Assembly (NCBI GenBank): GCA_963771885.1
Contig: CAVYVF010000022.1
Coordinates: 332,668 to 396,667, forward strand
DNA from: Candidatus Bathyarchaeota archaeon
GTDB lineage: Archaea > Thermoproteota > Bathyarchaeia > TCS64
Length of the DNA stretch: 64,000 nucleotides
Direction of reading: 5' to 3'
In this document: one piece after another, positions 1 through 10,271 of the stretch
Layout of the letters: each line of letters begins with the position of its first letter
How positions within the stretch are numbered: the stretch's first letter is position 1
Notes under the pieces: model-generated
Told to the model about the DNA's origin: nothing
Seen by the model: the letters and a program-made list of their open reading frames with translations, nothing else
Databases searched by the model: none
Position numbers and translations under genes: made by a program

Positions 1-819
1 ACTGAGGGAAGCGTCTACTTCAACGGTGAGAATGTCTTTAAGGCGGATAAGGAGAAGATGAAAAAGCTCCGCAGGGAGATGCAACTCATCTTCCAAGACC
101 CCTTCGAGTCACTCAACCCCCGCATGACCATCTACGAGGCGGTAGTAGAACCCCTCGACATACACAATATAGGTAAAAGCGACGAGGAGAAGAGAAAGGT
201 AGTCGTCGAGGCCCTTGAGGAGGTTCAACTCATCCCCCCAGAGGACTTCCTCTTCAGGTACCCCCACGAACTCAGTGGCGGACAAAGGCAGAGGGTCGCC
301 ATAGCACGCGCCCTCATACTACGCCCAAAATTCATCGTTGCCGACGAACCAGTCTCAATGCTAGACGTCTCAATACGGACAGAGGTCCTCAACCTCATGC
401 TCGACCTCCAGCAGCGCCTCGGCCTAACCTACCTATTCATCACCCACGACCTAGCGATAGCTCGCTACATGTCGAGCAGAGTCGGCGTCATGTACCTTGG
501 CAAGATAATCGAGATGGGGGAGGTGAGAGATGTTCTAGACGACCCAGACCATCCCTACACCCAAGCGCTCATGGCGGCCGTTCCGGTGCCCGACGCTGAG
601 AAGAAGAGGGGCGACTTACCAATCAAGGGGGAGACACCTCAGCCGATCAACCTCCCCGCCGGATGCAGGTTCAACGCAAGGTGCCCTTACGCCTTCGAGA
701 AGTGCTTCAAGGAAGAACCCGAATTGTTCACAGTTGAGCCCGGACACGGGGCAGCCTGCTTCCTATACGAGGAATTCCACACAGGCCGCCTAGAAAGGGG
801 CAGAATTCCCGAGGAATAA
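1..819 (+). CDS. Oligopeptide/dipeptide ABC transporter ATP-binding subunit (OppF/DppF family), 5'-truncated by window edge
   Basis: Frame open from base 1; Q-loop QLIFQDP, signature LSGGQRQR, Walker B IVADEP, H-loop ITHD, C-terminal HPYTQAL and GCRFNARC. Confidence 0.93.
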   Translation, partial: TEGSVYFNGENVFKADKEKMKKLRREMQLIFQDPFESLNPRMTIYEAVVEPLDIHNIGKSDEEKRKVVVEALEEVQLIPPEDFLFRYPHELSGGQRQRVAIARALILRPKFIVADEPVSMLDVSIRTEVLNLMLDLQQRLGLTYLFITHDLAIARYMSSRVGVMYLGKIIEMGEVRDVLDDPDHPYTQALMAAVPVPDAEKKRGDLPIKGETPQPINLPAGCRFNARCPYAFEKCFKEEPELFTVEPGHGAACFLYEEFHTGRLERGRIPEE

Positions 820-1032
820 ATTACACAGCAGAGTCAAGCTAAAGCCACCACGACCTGCCTAATTTTATCCTTTCAAAAGCCGATGATCTTAACTATCCCT
901 TATATAGAGACGGAGCACCGATTTTTTACCGTTTTTTGACCCTTTTCGTGCAATCGCAACAAGGCTGGTAACTGAAAATGATTAAATCTCTAAACCGTGA
1001 GTCATTATTGTTATCGACTGGATGGTGTTGTT

Positions 1033-2160
1033 ATGGCGAGCGGAGCTTCTGGCGAAGTCGTACACTGCCCCAATTGTAAGGAGGATGTCCCAAAGACCCT
1101 CTACTGCCTGAACTGTGGCTTTCCCCTCTACAAGGAGGAGCAACCAAAGGATGAGGTGAAGACTGAACCCGAGGCAAGGACGGAGCCCGTGAAGCCGGTT
1201 CAACCAGCCGAGGAAGACGCGTTAATAATGGTCGACGACGAGGAAGAGGAGGTGCAGCCCGAGCCAAAGGTGGAAATGTCTGCAGAACCAAGTGTTAAAA
1301 TGGAAGTTCCTCCCGTCGAGACAACTCCTTCACCTTCCGAGCCAGAGGTAAAGGAACCGGAGCCAGCCCCTACACCAATGCTCGAGGTATCAGAGAAGAT
1401 CGATGAGCCCGCGCCGGTCGTGGAAATGGAGGAAGCGCTAGCCCCGGCTGTGGAGGCCGCCACCCCCGAGCCCGTTGAAGCTGTGGCCCCCGTAGATCCA
1501 GCGTCTACGCCAGCAGAAGAGCCAAAACCCGTGGAGACGCCGAGCGAGCTCTTATCTACCGGATCAGAGCCCACAAAGATCGAGGCAGTGGAAGTGGCAG
1601 AAGAGTACCAGGCACCAAATACGTTCGTCCCAGACCCACTCACAAAGGATCTGATGGAGAACCTCGCAAAGACCATCTCACTCAAGATAAAACTCGTCAA
1701 ACTCTACAGGGATGGCGTGGTAAAGGAGGAGACCTTCACCAAGCTCTTCGAGGGGTACGCCTCCGAGGGCAAGATCTGGGTTAGTCGCCGCGAGGAGCTG
1801 CTTAGGAAGCTTTCCGCCGAGATCGAGGAGATGGAGGAAGCATACGCCACTGCCTCAGACGCGCTAGAGCTTCTCGAGGTGAGGAAGTCGATAGGCGAGG
1901 CGTCGGCCGGCGAGTACGATGTAAAGGCACCCGCCTACAGGTGGGACATAGGCAACTTCGAAACCGTTATCGGGGAGAAGAAGAACAGAACTGCCTACCT
2001 TGAAAACGTGTCCAGCGCCCTCACAGACGCCGAATTAAAGGAGCTTAAGGAACTCGCCAGCATCCAGTATAACACCCTCGAGTCGCTACAGCTATCGAAA
2101 GATGAGGTTCTAGCCCAGATAAAAGACAGCCTCTACGAGGCTATAAAGACCCTTGGCTGA
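1033..2160 (+). CDS. Zinc-ribbon / Pro-Glu-rich linker / CdvA-like coiled-coil protein
   Basis: N-terminal CPNC..CLNC, long PE-rich linker, C-terminal helical region (LYRDGVVKEETF; LEVRKSIGEAS..EY) resembling the CdvA-like coiled coil; ATG 1033 preceded by GGTG. Confidence 0.65.
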   Translation: MASGASGEVVHCPNCKEDVPKTLYCLNCGFPLYKEEQPKDEVKTEPEARTEPVKPVQPAEEDALIMVDDEEEEVQPEPKVEMSAEPSVKMEVPPVETTPSPSEPEVKEPEPAPTPMLEVSEKIDEPAPVVEMEEALAPAVEAATPEPVEAVAPVDPASTPAEEPKPVETPSELLSTGSEPTKIEAVEVAEEYQAPNTFVPDPLTKDLMENLAKTISLKIKLVKLYRDGVVKEETFTKLFEGYASEGKIWVSRREELLRKLSAEIEEMEEAYATASDALELLEVRKSIGEASAGEYDVKAPAYRWDIGNFETVIGEKKNRTAYLENVSSALTDAELKELKELASIQYNTLESLQLSKDEVLAQIKDSLYEAIKTLG

Positions 2161-2162
2161 GG

Positions 2163-3341
2163 CTACTCCTCGACCTTCTTTCTATGCGTCAGGTAGATGA
2201 AGACTGCCGTAACCAATGATACACCTGCCATTACAGTGAACATGTTGAAGGCACCCTGCCCCGTACCGTCTCCAAGGATTGTTGTAGCCATTATAGGGCC
2301 GATTGCCATACCTAGGAATCGGGCGGAGTTCAGGAACCCCATACCTGTGCCCTTCCTTCCTGACTTCCCCCCGAGGAGGTTTGGCGGTATTCCTGCCTGC
2401 AGTCCACCGATGACTATACGGAGGGCTATGAACTGGAGTGGGTTAAAGACGAAGGCCGTCATCATTATTGCTGCCGAGGCTCCTACTGAGAGCCATGGCA
2501 TGATTTTGTTCGTCATTACCTTTGTCATCACCGGTGTCGCCACGGCAAACGCTATTCCGTTCAACACGGTCGCCGCTGTCGTCCAGAGCAGTAGCTGATC
2601 ATCAGGCACACCAAGCGAGGAGAGGAACCATGACACCGTGGGGAAGAGGAAGCTAATGCACATGTAGACTAGGATGAGCGCCGTGATGTCTGGGAAGAGC
2701 GACCTGAAATCGGAGAGGCTGAATGCGCGTGTCTCCGACTCCTTGGGCGCCGGTGGAGGTAGAGTGATCTTGAGGACAAGGGGCAGTATGAGGACGAAGA
2801 GCACCGCTGAGGTGAGCATGGTCATTCGATACCCGATCACCGCCGCTAGGGCTCCGCCAATACCCGGCGAGACGAGCCCACCCATCGTCATCGCCGCCAT
2901 CTGATAGCTAAGCGCCTGTCTGAGCTCCTGCGGACTAACGGTTGAGGCGACAATCGCGAACATAACCGTGCTAATTCCCCCGAAGCCACCCTGCAGCGCA
3001 CGGAAGAAAACGATTTGGATGACGTCTCCCGCGAAAGTCATTCCGGTGTAGACAATGATGTTGCCGATAAGGACGAATAAAAGCACCTTTTTCGTTCCGA
3101 TGCGGTCACACATCATACCCCAGAAGGGTGCGGTTATCGCCATGATCGTTGAGGCGATAAAGGAGGATGTCCCCGTCCAGCCTGTCGCCTCGATCAATGT
3201 CTGGTTCAGCTCGCTGCTTATGAAAAGGGGCATAAAGCTGCCCATCAGGTTAAAGGATATCGAGACGAGGAACTGGACTATGAGGGCGGCAGTCACTGTA
3301 TCCAAACTTGTAATCGTTCTGAAGCGGGTGGCGGGCGTCAA
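2163..3341 (-). CDS. MFS transporter
   Basis: About 12 hydrophobic segments; motif A-like WGMMCDRIGTK; RALQGGFGG. Confidence 0.9.
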   Translation of the reverse strand: MTPATRFRTITSLDTVTAALIVQFLVSISFNLMGSFMPLFISSELNQTLIEATGWTGTSSFIASTIMAITAPFWGMMCDRIGTKKVLLFVLIGNIIVYTGMTFAGDVIQIVFFRALQGGFGGISTVMFAIVASTVSPQELRQALSYQMAAMTMGGLVSPGIGGALAAVIGYRMTMLTSAVLFVLILPLVLKITLPPPAPKESETRAFSLSDFRSLFPDITALILVYMCISFLFPTVSWFLSSLGVPDDQLLLWTTAATVLNGIAFAVATPVMTKVMTNKIMPWLSVGASAAIMMTAFVFNPLQFIALRIVIGGLQAGIPPNLLGGKSGRKGTGMGFLNSARFLGMAIGPIMATTILGDGTGQGAFNMFTVMAGVSLVTAVFIYLTHRKKVEE

Positions 3342-3475
3342 ACTCCAACCAAGTGCATCTCTTCGAGGAATGATTCCCTCGCGTTAGTTGCTGAGATAAC
3401 ATGGAGCCCGATTTAAACGCTCCCCTGATTAGAATCGTTATTTACCCCCGACCACCCATCTGAAGTAGACAGCAG

Positions 3476-3961
3476 ATGGGTGACACAGTACAACATATAG
3501 GCAGGAACGTCAAACTCGGCCAGAACGTCAGGATGTGGCACTTCACATATATAGGCGACAACACGGAGATAGGCGACGACACCAAGATCGGCTCGCTTGT
3601 CCACATTGACTATGGAGTCAAGATCGGGAAAAGGTGCAAGATCGAGGGCTCCGCCTACATACCACCACTTACAGTCATCGGGGACGACGTCTTCGTCGGG
3701 CCTGGCGCTATTTTCACAAACGATCCTTACCCAATGTCGCCGAAGATGGTTGGGGTCAGAGTGATGGATGGGGCGATCATCTGCGCCGGCTCCATGCTCA
3801 AGGCTGGAGTGACTATCGGGAAGAAGGCTGTCGTTGGCTTCGGCTCAGTAGTCACTCGCGACGTACCACCAAATACAGTAGTCTTCGGAAACCCAGCCAA
3901 GCCAAAAATGACTCTCAACGAATACCTCGAGAAGAAGGCGGAGTGGGAGAAGACACCCTAA
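3476..3961 (+). CDS. Hexapeptide-repeat N-acetyltransferase (WbpD-like)
   Basis: Left-handed beta-helix repeats IGDNTEIGDDTKIG, FTND motif, VVTRDVP..VFGNPAK. Confidence 0.88.
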   Translation: MGDTVQHIGRNVKLGQNVRMWHFTYIGDNTEIGDDTKIGSLVHIDYGVKIGKRCKIEGSAYIPPLTVIGDDVFVGPGAIFTNDPYPMSPKMVGVRVMDGAIICAGSMLKAGVTIGKKAVVGFGSVVTRDVPPNTVVFGNPAKPKMTLNEYLEKKAEWEKTP

Positions 3962-4177
3962 GCTCATACAATACGTCTACGAAAAGAGCGCCTCTAGTTC
4001 ATACCTACTGGTAGTTATTAAGACAGCCTTCTTTCTCCCGCGCGCGCCATTTTTTTCACCACGCGTAATGACGCTTATTGGTCCGTAGTCTTTCTCGATC
4101 TCGGTTAATGAGCGGCTATAGTCAAGCAGTTATTCACAAGATTAAAAGGTAGTCGAGACGAGGATCTATTAGAATTA

Positions 4178-5330
4178 TCACTTGTGATAACTTGCTGCGA
4201 CTTTAGAGACACCTTCAACGACTTTGTGTAGGTCGTTGTCGCTTAGATAGGGGTGCATGGGGAGGCTCATTATCCGCTTTGACAGATCCTCTGAAACCGG
4301 ACACTGCTTTGGTTTGAGAATCTCCTTAACGACGGGCTGCTCGGTCAGAGCTGCGGGGTAGTGGATGCCGCAGTCAATGTTCTCGGCCATTAGAGCCTTC
4401 ATGAACTCGTCGCGTGTGCAACGGAGCTTCTCCGTGTCGAGGACTACGCTGAAGTAGCTGTAGCTGGGGTTGGTTCTCGGGGTTATTCTCTGTGGGGTAG
4501 ACACCGTCAACATTTCTGAGCTCTTTCAGCAACACGTCGGCGTTGTGCCTTCGCTTTTCAAGAAAGTCGTCGAGCTGAGCTAACTGGTTGAGCCCTATTG
4601 CCGACAGTATGTCAGTTGTGCGGTAGTTAAGACCGAAGAGTACATGATGATATCTGCCATCGTCGCCGTGACTGCGTATGAGTGAGCCGAGGCGGTTCAG
4701 CTCGGGGTCATCTGTCGTGACTATACCTCCCTCGCCGGTGGTCATAGTCTTCGTTGGGTAGAAGCTGTAGCAGCTGAGATTGGGCCAGGAGCCAAGGTCT
4801 CTGCCATCGTATTCTGTGCCGTGGGCCTGGGCGCAGTCGTTGATGATGAGAAGGTTATGATCCTCGGCTATGTCTGTAATTGCCTTCATGTCGCAGCTAT
4901 TGCCGAAGAGGTGCACGGGGGCGATTGCCTTTGTTTTCTTTGTAATTTTCTCCTTAACCTTCTCGGGGTCAAGCAGGAAAGTGTCAGGGTCGACGTCGGC
5001 GAGTACCGGCCTCGCGTTGCTGTAGAAAATGGTGCTTATCGTCGCGATGAATGTGAAAGCGGGGGCGATGACCTCGTCGCCTTGTTTTAGCGTTGAGAGA
5101 TAGGCGCAGTGAAGGGCGGCTGTGCCATTTGAGACCGCGTAGGCGTATTTTGCACCCACTCGGGCTGCGAACCGTTCTTCGAACTCTATTGTGTAGGGTC
5201 CCGTGCGGACGTAGCCTGACTTCAGAATCTTTGCGATGTCATCTGCGTCCTTCTGGGTGAACGTCGGTTTTACGAGTGCGATCTTTTTGTCGGAGACGGG
5301 TTTGCCGCCTTCAATTGCGAGTTTAGCCAA
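4178..5330 (-). CDS. DegT/DnrJ/EryC1/StrS PLP-dependent aminotransferase (WbpE-like), split by one extra base near 4499
   Basis: SNGTAALH, DCAQAHG, SFYPTKTMTTGEGG; ORFs 4374-5330 and 4178-4513 join into one protein ending IHYP..SLPMHP if one base is removed at GTC-T-ACC-CCA. Confidence 0.9.
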
Positions 5331-5455
5331 TGAGGACTCTCCAGTTTATTATTGTATAACGTTGTTTATTGACTTTCCTGATTCGACTCGAAATACGCCT
5401 TTGTATTTAGAAGGTATTATAGCGGGAGAATGCATATTAGAGATCAGGGGATTGA

Positions 5456-5680
5456 ATGAATACTGCTTTCGTTTTGATAAACGCGGAGATGGGGGCAAGC
5501 CTGGACAAGGATCTGAAGGCGATTCCCGAAGTGAAGGAGTTCTACGGCGTATACGGTGTGTATGACTACGTTGTTAGACTTGAGGCTGCTACGATGGAGC
5601 AGCTCAAAGACGCCATCACGAACAGGATCAGGCGCATGGAGAACGTAAGATCGACGCTCACCATGATGGTCATTGATTAG
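5456..5680 (+). CDS. Lrp/AsnC ligand-binding-domain protein
   Basis: AFVLIN..EVKEFYGVYGVYD..IRRMENVRSTLT; typical 74-aa archaeal stand-alone RAM domain. Confidence 0.9.
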   Translation: MNTAFVLINAEMGASLDKDLKAIPEVKEFYGVYGVYDYVVRLEAATMEQLKDAITNRIRRMENVRSTLTMMVID

Positions 5681-5781
5681 GATAAAAAAAGCTGTTTCTC
5701 TATCATTCCTGTGTGCCTACTGGGCACTTTGTTTATATCGGTCTTCGAGGGTATCATTTGTAAAGGAGTTGAGGATACTAC

Positions 5782-6936
5782 TTGAAAGTAGTGATATTGG
5801 GTATGGATGGTTACCTAGGATGGCCACTAGCGATGCACCTGAGCGCCCGGGGGCACATTGTCTCGGGTGTGGATAATTTTAGTAGGCGTAGGAACGTCGT
5901 GGAGGTGCATTCGCAGTCTGCGACGCCGATTAGGTCGATGGAGGAGAGGCTTGCTGCTTTCAAGAAGGTCACGGGTAGGATGCTTGGCTTTCATGAGGGG
6001 GATTTGACGAATGTCGCCTTCGCAGATAAGGTGGTCGAGGAGGAGCGGCCCGACTGTGTAGTCCACTTAGGCGAGATACCGAGTGCACCTTATAGCATGA
6101 TGGATGTCGAGCACTGCAACTATACTCAGGTGAACAACGTCATCGGCACCAATAATGTACTCTTTGCCATGAAGAAGCATGCTCCTAAATGCCATTTGCT
6201 CAAGCTCGGTACTATGGGGGAGTATGGCACTCCTAATATTGACATTCCGGAGGGCTTTTTTGAGGTAGAGTATAGGGGGCGGAAGGATGTGATGCCCTTT
6301 CCCCGTCAGCCTGGGAGCTGGTATCATCTGAGTAAGGTGCATGACACACACAATATTATGTTCGCCTGCAAGATCTGGGGGCTCCGGAGCACGGACATTA
6401 TGCAGGGGGTCGTCCACGGCGTCGTCACGGAGGATATGGTCAACGACGATCTGTTGACGCGCTTCGACTTTGACGAGGTGTGGGGCACAGCGCTCAACAG
6501 GTTCTGCGCCCAGGCGGTTATCGGCCATGAGTTGACTCCGTATGGGAAAGGTGGCCAGACTCGCGGTTACATAGCCCTCAGGGACAGCATTCAATGTATG
6601 ACGCTTACGCTCGAGAACCCGCCGAAGGAGGGGGAGTACCGTGTATTCAATCAGTTCGATGAGACTTTCTCGGTGAACGAGCTCGCGGAGCACGTCGTGA
6701 AGGTTGGCGGCGAGTTCGGGCTAAAGGCGAAGGTCTGGAACATCGAGAACCCTCGGGTCGAGAAGGATGAGCATTACTATAACCCGGATAGGGAGAGGTT
6801 GCCGGGGCTTGGCTTCAAGCCGACGAATGACCTTGACGCGGAGCTCAGGTTGACTATTCCGAAGCTGATGAGGTATAGGGATAGGATACTCGAGAAGAAA
6901 GATGCTATCATGCCAAAGATCAAGTGGAGGGCCTAA
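5782..6936 (+). CDS. agl3: UDP-sulfoquinovose synthase (Agl3/SqdB family)
   Basis: GMDGYLGWP, SAPYSM, LGTMGEYG, YHLSKVHD, TALNRFC, VFNQF motifs typical of SqdB/Agl3. Confidence 0.9.
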   Translation: MKVVILGMDGYLGWPLAMHLSARGHIVSGVDNFSRRRNVVEVHSQSATPIRSMEERLAAFKKVTGRMLGFHEGDLTNVAFADKVVEEERPDCVVHLGEIPSAPYSMMDVEHCNYTQVNNVIGTNNVLFAMKKHAPKCHLLKLGTMGEYGTPNIDIPEGFFEVEYRGRKDVMPFPRQPGSWYHLSKVHDTHNIMFACKIWGLRSTDIMQGVVHGVVTEDMVNDDLLTRFDFDEVWGTALNRFCAQAVIGHELTPYGKGGQTRGYIALRDSIQCMTLTLENPPKEGEYRVFNQFDETFSVNELAEHVVKVGGEFGLKAKVWNIENPRVEKDEHYYNPDRERLPGLGFKPTNDLDAELRLTIPKLMRYRDRILEKKDAIMPKIKWRA

Positions 6937-8588
6937 GTTTTCTTTTCGAGTGTGAGTCTGCTGACTCCGTTAGGGCTGGATAGTAGGCCGATGAGTTTTC
7001 CTTCAACGGCCTTTAGATCTATTTTGATGTCGGCGTAGTCGTTTGTTCCCCATCGCGCGTATTCGCGGGGGATCCTTATGGTGGATTGTCCCGTGACGTA
7101 TCCGAGCTCGGCGCGGAAGTCTCGGAGTGGCGTGTATTCGCCGTTGGTTCCGTTTACTGTCGCGGTTGTTCGGCTCGTTATCCTGAGGTTTAGGTGGTGG
7201 AAGCCGTAGGCGTCGTAGTATTCACCGGACCAGTATGCGATTAGGTCGGCGCCTAAGTCGACTTTTGGCGTCGTAGGAATATACTTGCGGTGGTAGTTGG
7301 TTCCTAAGTCGAACTGTGTGACTGACCCGTCTGCGGCGTACTCGAATGTCAGCTCTTCGCCATCGCTTGAGGGGCCGTGGACCCTGTACCTCGAGTCGTC
7401 GAGCCTCTCGAGGGTGAGGCGGTCGCCGAGTGTTAGGTAGCCGTTTACGACCCTGATGGTGATCTGGCCCGTCTCGTCGCCGTATGTGCCCGCGATCTTC
7501 TCCCAGTTGGATGGCGGTGACTGCATGTATGTTGGTGCAACTTCCCTTCCGAGGGTGATGCGGAGGACGGTGGGCGCTGGTGGCCTCCACGAGGACCCGT
7601 CTTGTAAATTGCTCAGCCAGCAGACACCCAGCTTCTCCTCGGGGTAGAAGCAGACATGGTTTGTGAAGTCGGGTAGACCGCCTGTGTGGTAGAGCATGAC
7701 TTTGTCGTCGTGGATGGTTCGGAACCATGTGAGTCCCATGCCGCTTCGGGACTTGCCGGTCGGCGCCTGGAGGCTTTGCATCGCCGATATTGTCTCCTCC
7801 TTCAGGAGGCGTTTTCCCTGGTATGCGCCTCCGTTCATGTTCATCGCTAGGAACTTTGAGAGGTCGAGCACGGTGGAGTAGAGGCTGCCTGCTGGGTCAG
7901 CGGGCTTCATGCCGAGGTAATACGATGGCATCGGCAGGATCGGGTTCTCCGGCCCACCTGCACGCTTGTAGCCCTGTGCGAGCCTCGCCATGACGGCGGG
8001 GCTGAGTTCGAAGTCGCTCGACGTCATTTCGAGGGGTTTGAGGACGTTTTCCTTGATGTACTCGTCGTATTCAACGCCTGTGAACAGTTTGATGAGTTGA
8101 CCGAGGATGGTGAAGGAGGTGTTGCAATAGGCCCATGCTTCACCGCGTGGCCTGACCATTCTGGCTGCGGAGTGTATGTAATCCTTGACATCGGCGGATT
8201 TCTCACCGAGTAGGTAGAGCGGGGGCACGCGCGTCGGCATCCCCGTGTAGTGCGTGAGGAGGTCGCGTATTCTCGGCTCGTCTCCCTTGATGTCTCTTAT
8301 CTTGACATCCAAGTGCTCGTTGACGTTGTCATCGAGGGTGAACTTGCCCTTCTCCATCAGTTGGAGGAAGCCAACGGTTATGAACGGCTTTGTGACTGAG
8401 GCGCATCCGTAGATGGTCTCTGAAGTGGCTTTGACGCCGTTTCTAAGATCGGCGTATCCGAAGCCACTCGACCATACCACCTCGCCATCCTTGACTATTG
8501 CGACGGATGATCCGGGATGTCGGCGTCCAGTGAGCTCGGCTGAGATGAAGCGTTCAACTGCCTCGATGTCAAACATACATTCCACCAA
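6933..8588 (-). CDS. Serine hydrolase, beta-lactamase class C/AmpC-like family
   Basis: SxxK (ASVTK), LLTHYTG, YxN (YCN), HTGG. Confidence 0.88.
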   Translation of the reverse strand: MVECMFDIEAVERFISAELTGRRHPGSSVAIVKDGEVVWSSGFGYADLRNGVKATSETIYGCASVTKPFITVGFLQLMEKGKFTLDDNVNEHLDVKIRDIKGDEPRIRDLLTHYTGMPTRVPPLYLLGEKSADVKDYIHSAARMVRPRGEAWAYCNTSFTILGQLIKLFTGVEYDEYIKENVLKPLEMTSSDFELSPAVMARLAQGYKRAGGPENPILPMPSYYLGMKPADPAGSLYSTVLDLSKFLAMNMNGGAYQGKRLLKEETISAMQSLQAPTGKSRSGMGLTWFRTIHDDKVMLYHTGGLPDFTNHVCFYPEEKLGVCWLSNLQDGSSWRPPAPTVLRITLGREVAPTYMQSPPSNWEKIAGTYGDETGQITIRVVNGYLTLGDRLTLERLDDSRYRVHGPSSDGEELTFEYAADGSVTQFDLGTNYHRKYIPTTPKVDLGADLIAYWSGEYYDAYGFHHLNLRITSRTTATVNGTNGEYTPLRDFRAELGYVTGQSTIRIPREYARWGTNDYADIKIDLKAVEGKLIGLLSSPNGVSRLTLEKKT

Positions 8589-8685
8589 CGGAGTGTATTA
8601 GATCGGTTTGGGATAAGTGTGTTCTCGGGAAGTGGAATGCTTTTTTCCATAGGAAACACATCATGCATCTCTAGGTGTCTCGTCG

Positions 8686-9357
8686 GTGATACGGGTGGAG
8701 TCTAAGAGGCTGCTCTACTGCGGTATTGCTCTTCTAGCCTTGTTTGCCGTAGCTGACCTCGCCGTGAAAACGGGCGTATCCCAGCCCTTTGATGTGACGG
8801 GGTTCACCTCAGTAAACTCGCTGAGACCTCCAGACTTTGTCGACTCGGTCATGGTGGGGATTACCCTATACGGACGCGAAGTCGTGTGGGGGGGTCTGAT
8901 AGTGGCTCTGTTCTTCTTCGGAGACGAGCGTGAGAAGAAGGCTGCGCTGACTATGGGGGTACTCTTCGTGTTGCTAAGCGGAGCAGGGTATGTTGTAAAG
9001 GGTCTCGACGGTAGGATTCGCCCATATGACGCCATAAATGGCATCAGGCTTCTCGTACCCCCGGAGTCGGACTCCAGTTTCCCCTCGGGCCACACGTTCA
9101 TAGTGGCGGGAGGAGCGGCTGTTGCATGGCTTTACCTAAGGAGGTGGCTGGCGGCGCTGCTCACAATTGAGGCGTTTTTTGTCGCTATTTCGAGGGTTTA
9201 CGTGGGCGTCCACTACCCGATGGATTTGATCGGCGGGGTACTGCTTGGGGCGGGTTTCGCTTTGATACTCTGTTCAAGCCCCGGATTTATTGATAGGTTA
9301 TATGGCAAGATACCTAGAGCGTTGAGTAACTTAAGCCGAGTCTCACTGCCTGCTTAG
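8686..9357 (+). CDS. PAP2-family membrane phosphatase
   Basis: K..GRIRP, SFPSGH, SRVYVGVHYPMD. Confidence 0.92.
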   Translation: MIRVESKRLLYCGIALLALFAVADLAVKTGVSQPFDVTGFTSVNSLRPPDFVDSVMVGITLYGREVVWGGLIVALFFFGDEREKKAALTMGVLFVLLSGAGYVVKGLDGRIRPYDAINGIRLLVPPESDSSFPSGHTFIVAGGAAVAWLYLRRWLAALLTIEAFFVAISRVYVGVHYPMDLIGGVLLGAGFALILCSSPGFIDRLYGKIPRALSNLSRVSLPA

Positions 9358-9816
9358 GTAGATGAGTATTGCTGATGCAAGTGTCGTGAAGACGTCCGGT
9401 AACAGGTTGAAGAGGTTGAATATATTCGTCCCGTTGAACCCGTTTATCCAGATCATTATCGGGTTGCTGGTTATAGAGTAGAGGAATAGTGTGGCGGAGA
9501 AGAGGACGAGGCAGAGACTGAAGTTGGAGCGCGTCTCACGGTATATACCGTAGTAGAGGATCATTAGATAGACGAGAAGACAGGAGTTGATCAGAGCCAG
9601 CACTGTCCTCCCCTGGATGTAGAAGACGAGAATATTGCTGATCTCCATCAGCTCCTGGGGCGTCATAAGCTCAAGCAATGGACGACCGGGGCGCCCGAAT
9701 AATGAGTAGAGTGTGTTCAGGGGCCCAAGGAGGAGCAACAATATCACTGCCAGCACGACGATTATGGCGATTGGCCCCCACTGTGTCTTCTGCATCCGGT
9801 TCTCATTTCCGTCCAT
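9343..9816 (-). CDS. Small multi-pass membrane protein
   Basis: Four hydrophobic segments; overlaps the 3' end of the upstream wHTH gene. Confidence 0.7.
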   Translation of the reverse strand: MDGNENRMQKTQWGPIAIIVVLAVILLLLLGPLNTLYSLFGRPGRPLLELMTPQELMEISNILVFYIQGRTVLALINSCLLVYLMILYYGIYRETRSNFSLCLVLFSATLFLYSITSNPIMIWINGFNGTNIFNLFNLLPDVFTTLASAILIYLSRQ

Positions 9817-10129
9817 CGTTTTTCAACCTTTTACCTATTCTATTCCAAATCTCTTCGAAATCGGTATAGTTTTGCTCGAGGTCCTGACTAACGAAGAAGA
9901 CCTTCCCGTAGTGTTCCCCAACCGAGGTTATGAGGCGGTTTTTCTCGAGCACGTCGAGGTGGTGACGGATTGTGCGATAGTCGACTTCGAGGAGGTTGCA
10001 GAGTTGGTTGGCGTTGAGGGGTTCCTGTTTGATGGCCTCGATTATCCTCCCCCTGTTGACACCTCCCCTGGACCCCTCTATTAGCCAGAGGAGCAGCTGC
10101 TTGTAGGAGCGCCGAGAGAGGGACATCAC
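9803..10129 (-). CDS. ArsR-like winged-helix transcription regulator
   Basis: WLIEGSRGGVNR..NANQL..DYRTIRHHLDVL..YG, an archaeal wHTH pattern. Confidence 0.85.
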   Translation of the reverse strand: MMSLSRRSYKQLLLWLIEGSRGGVNRGRIIEAIKQEPLNANQLCNLLEVDYRTIRHHLDVLEKNRLITSVGEHYGKVFFVSQDLEQNYTDFEEIWNRIGKRLKNDGRK

Positions 10130-10271
10130 TTCACCGGCTGGTTTCGCTGATTACGTTGTTGAGGATTCCCTTAAAGGTTGACCGGGTTGATCCGGAACGA
10201 ATTATGGTGTGATCTTGAAAAATTGTTTATGAGCAGCCGATCTAATCGGTTCGACAGAAGAAAGTTGTCAG

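Noticed and set aside
1200..1700. Ser/Gly/Thr-rich antisense ORF, and the many other short ORFs overlapping called genes
   Set aside because: Shadow frames of well-supported genes; no motifs of their own
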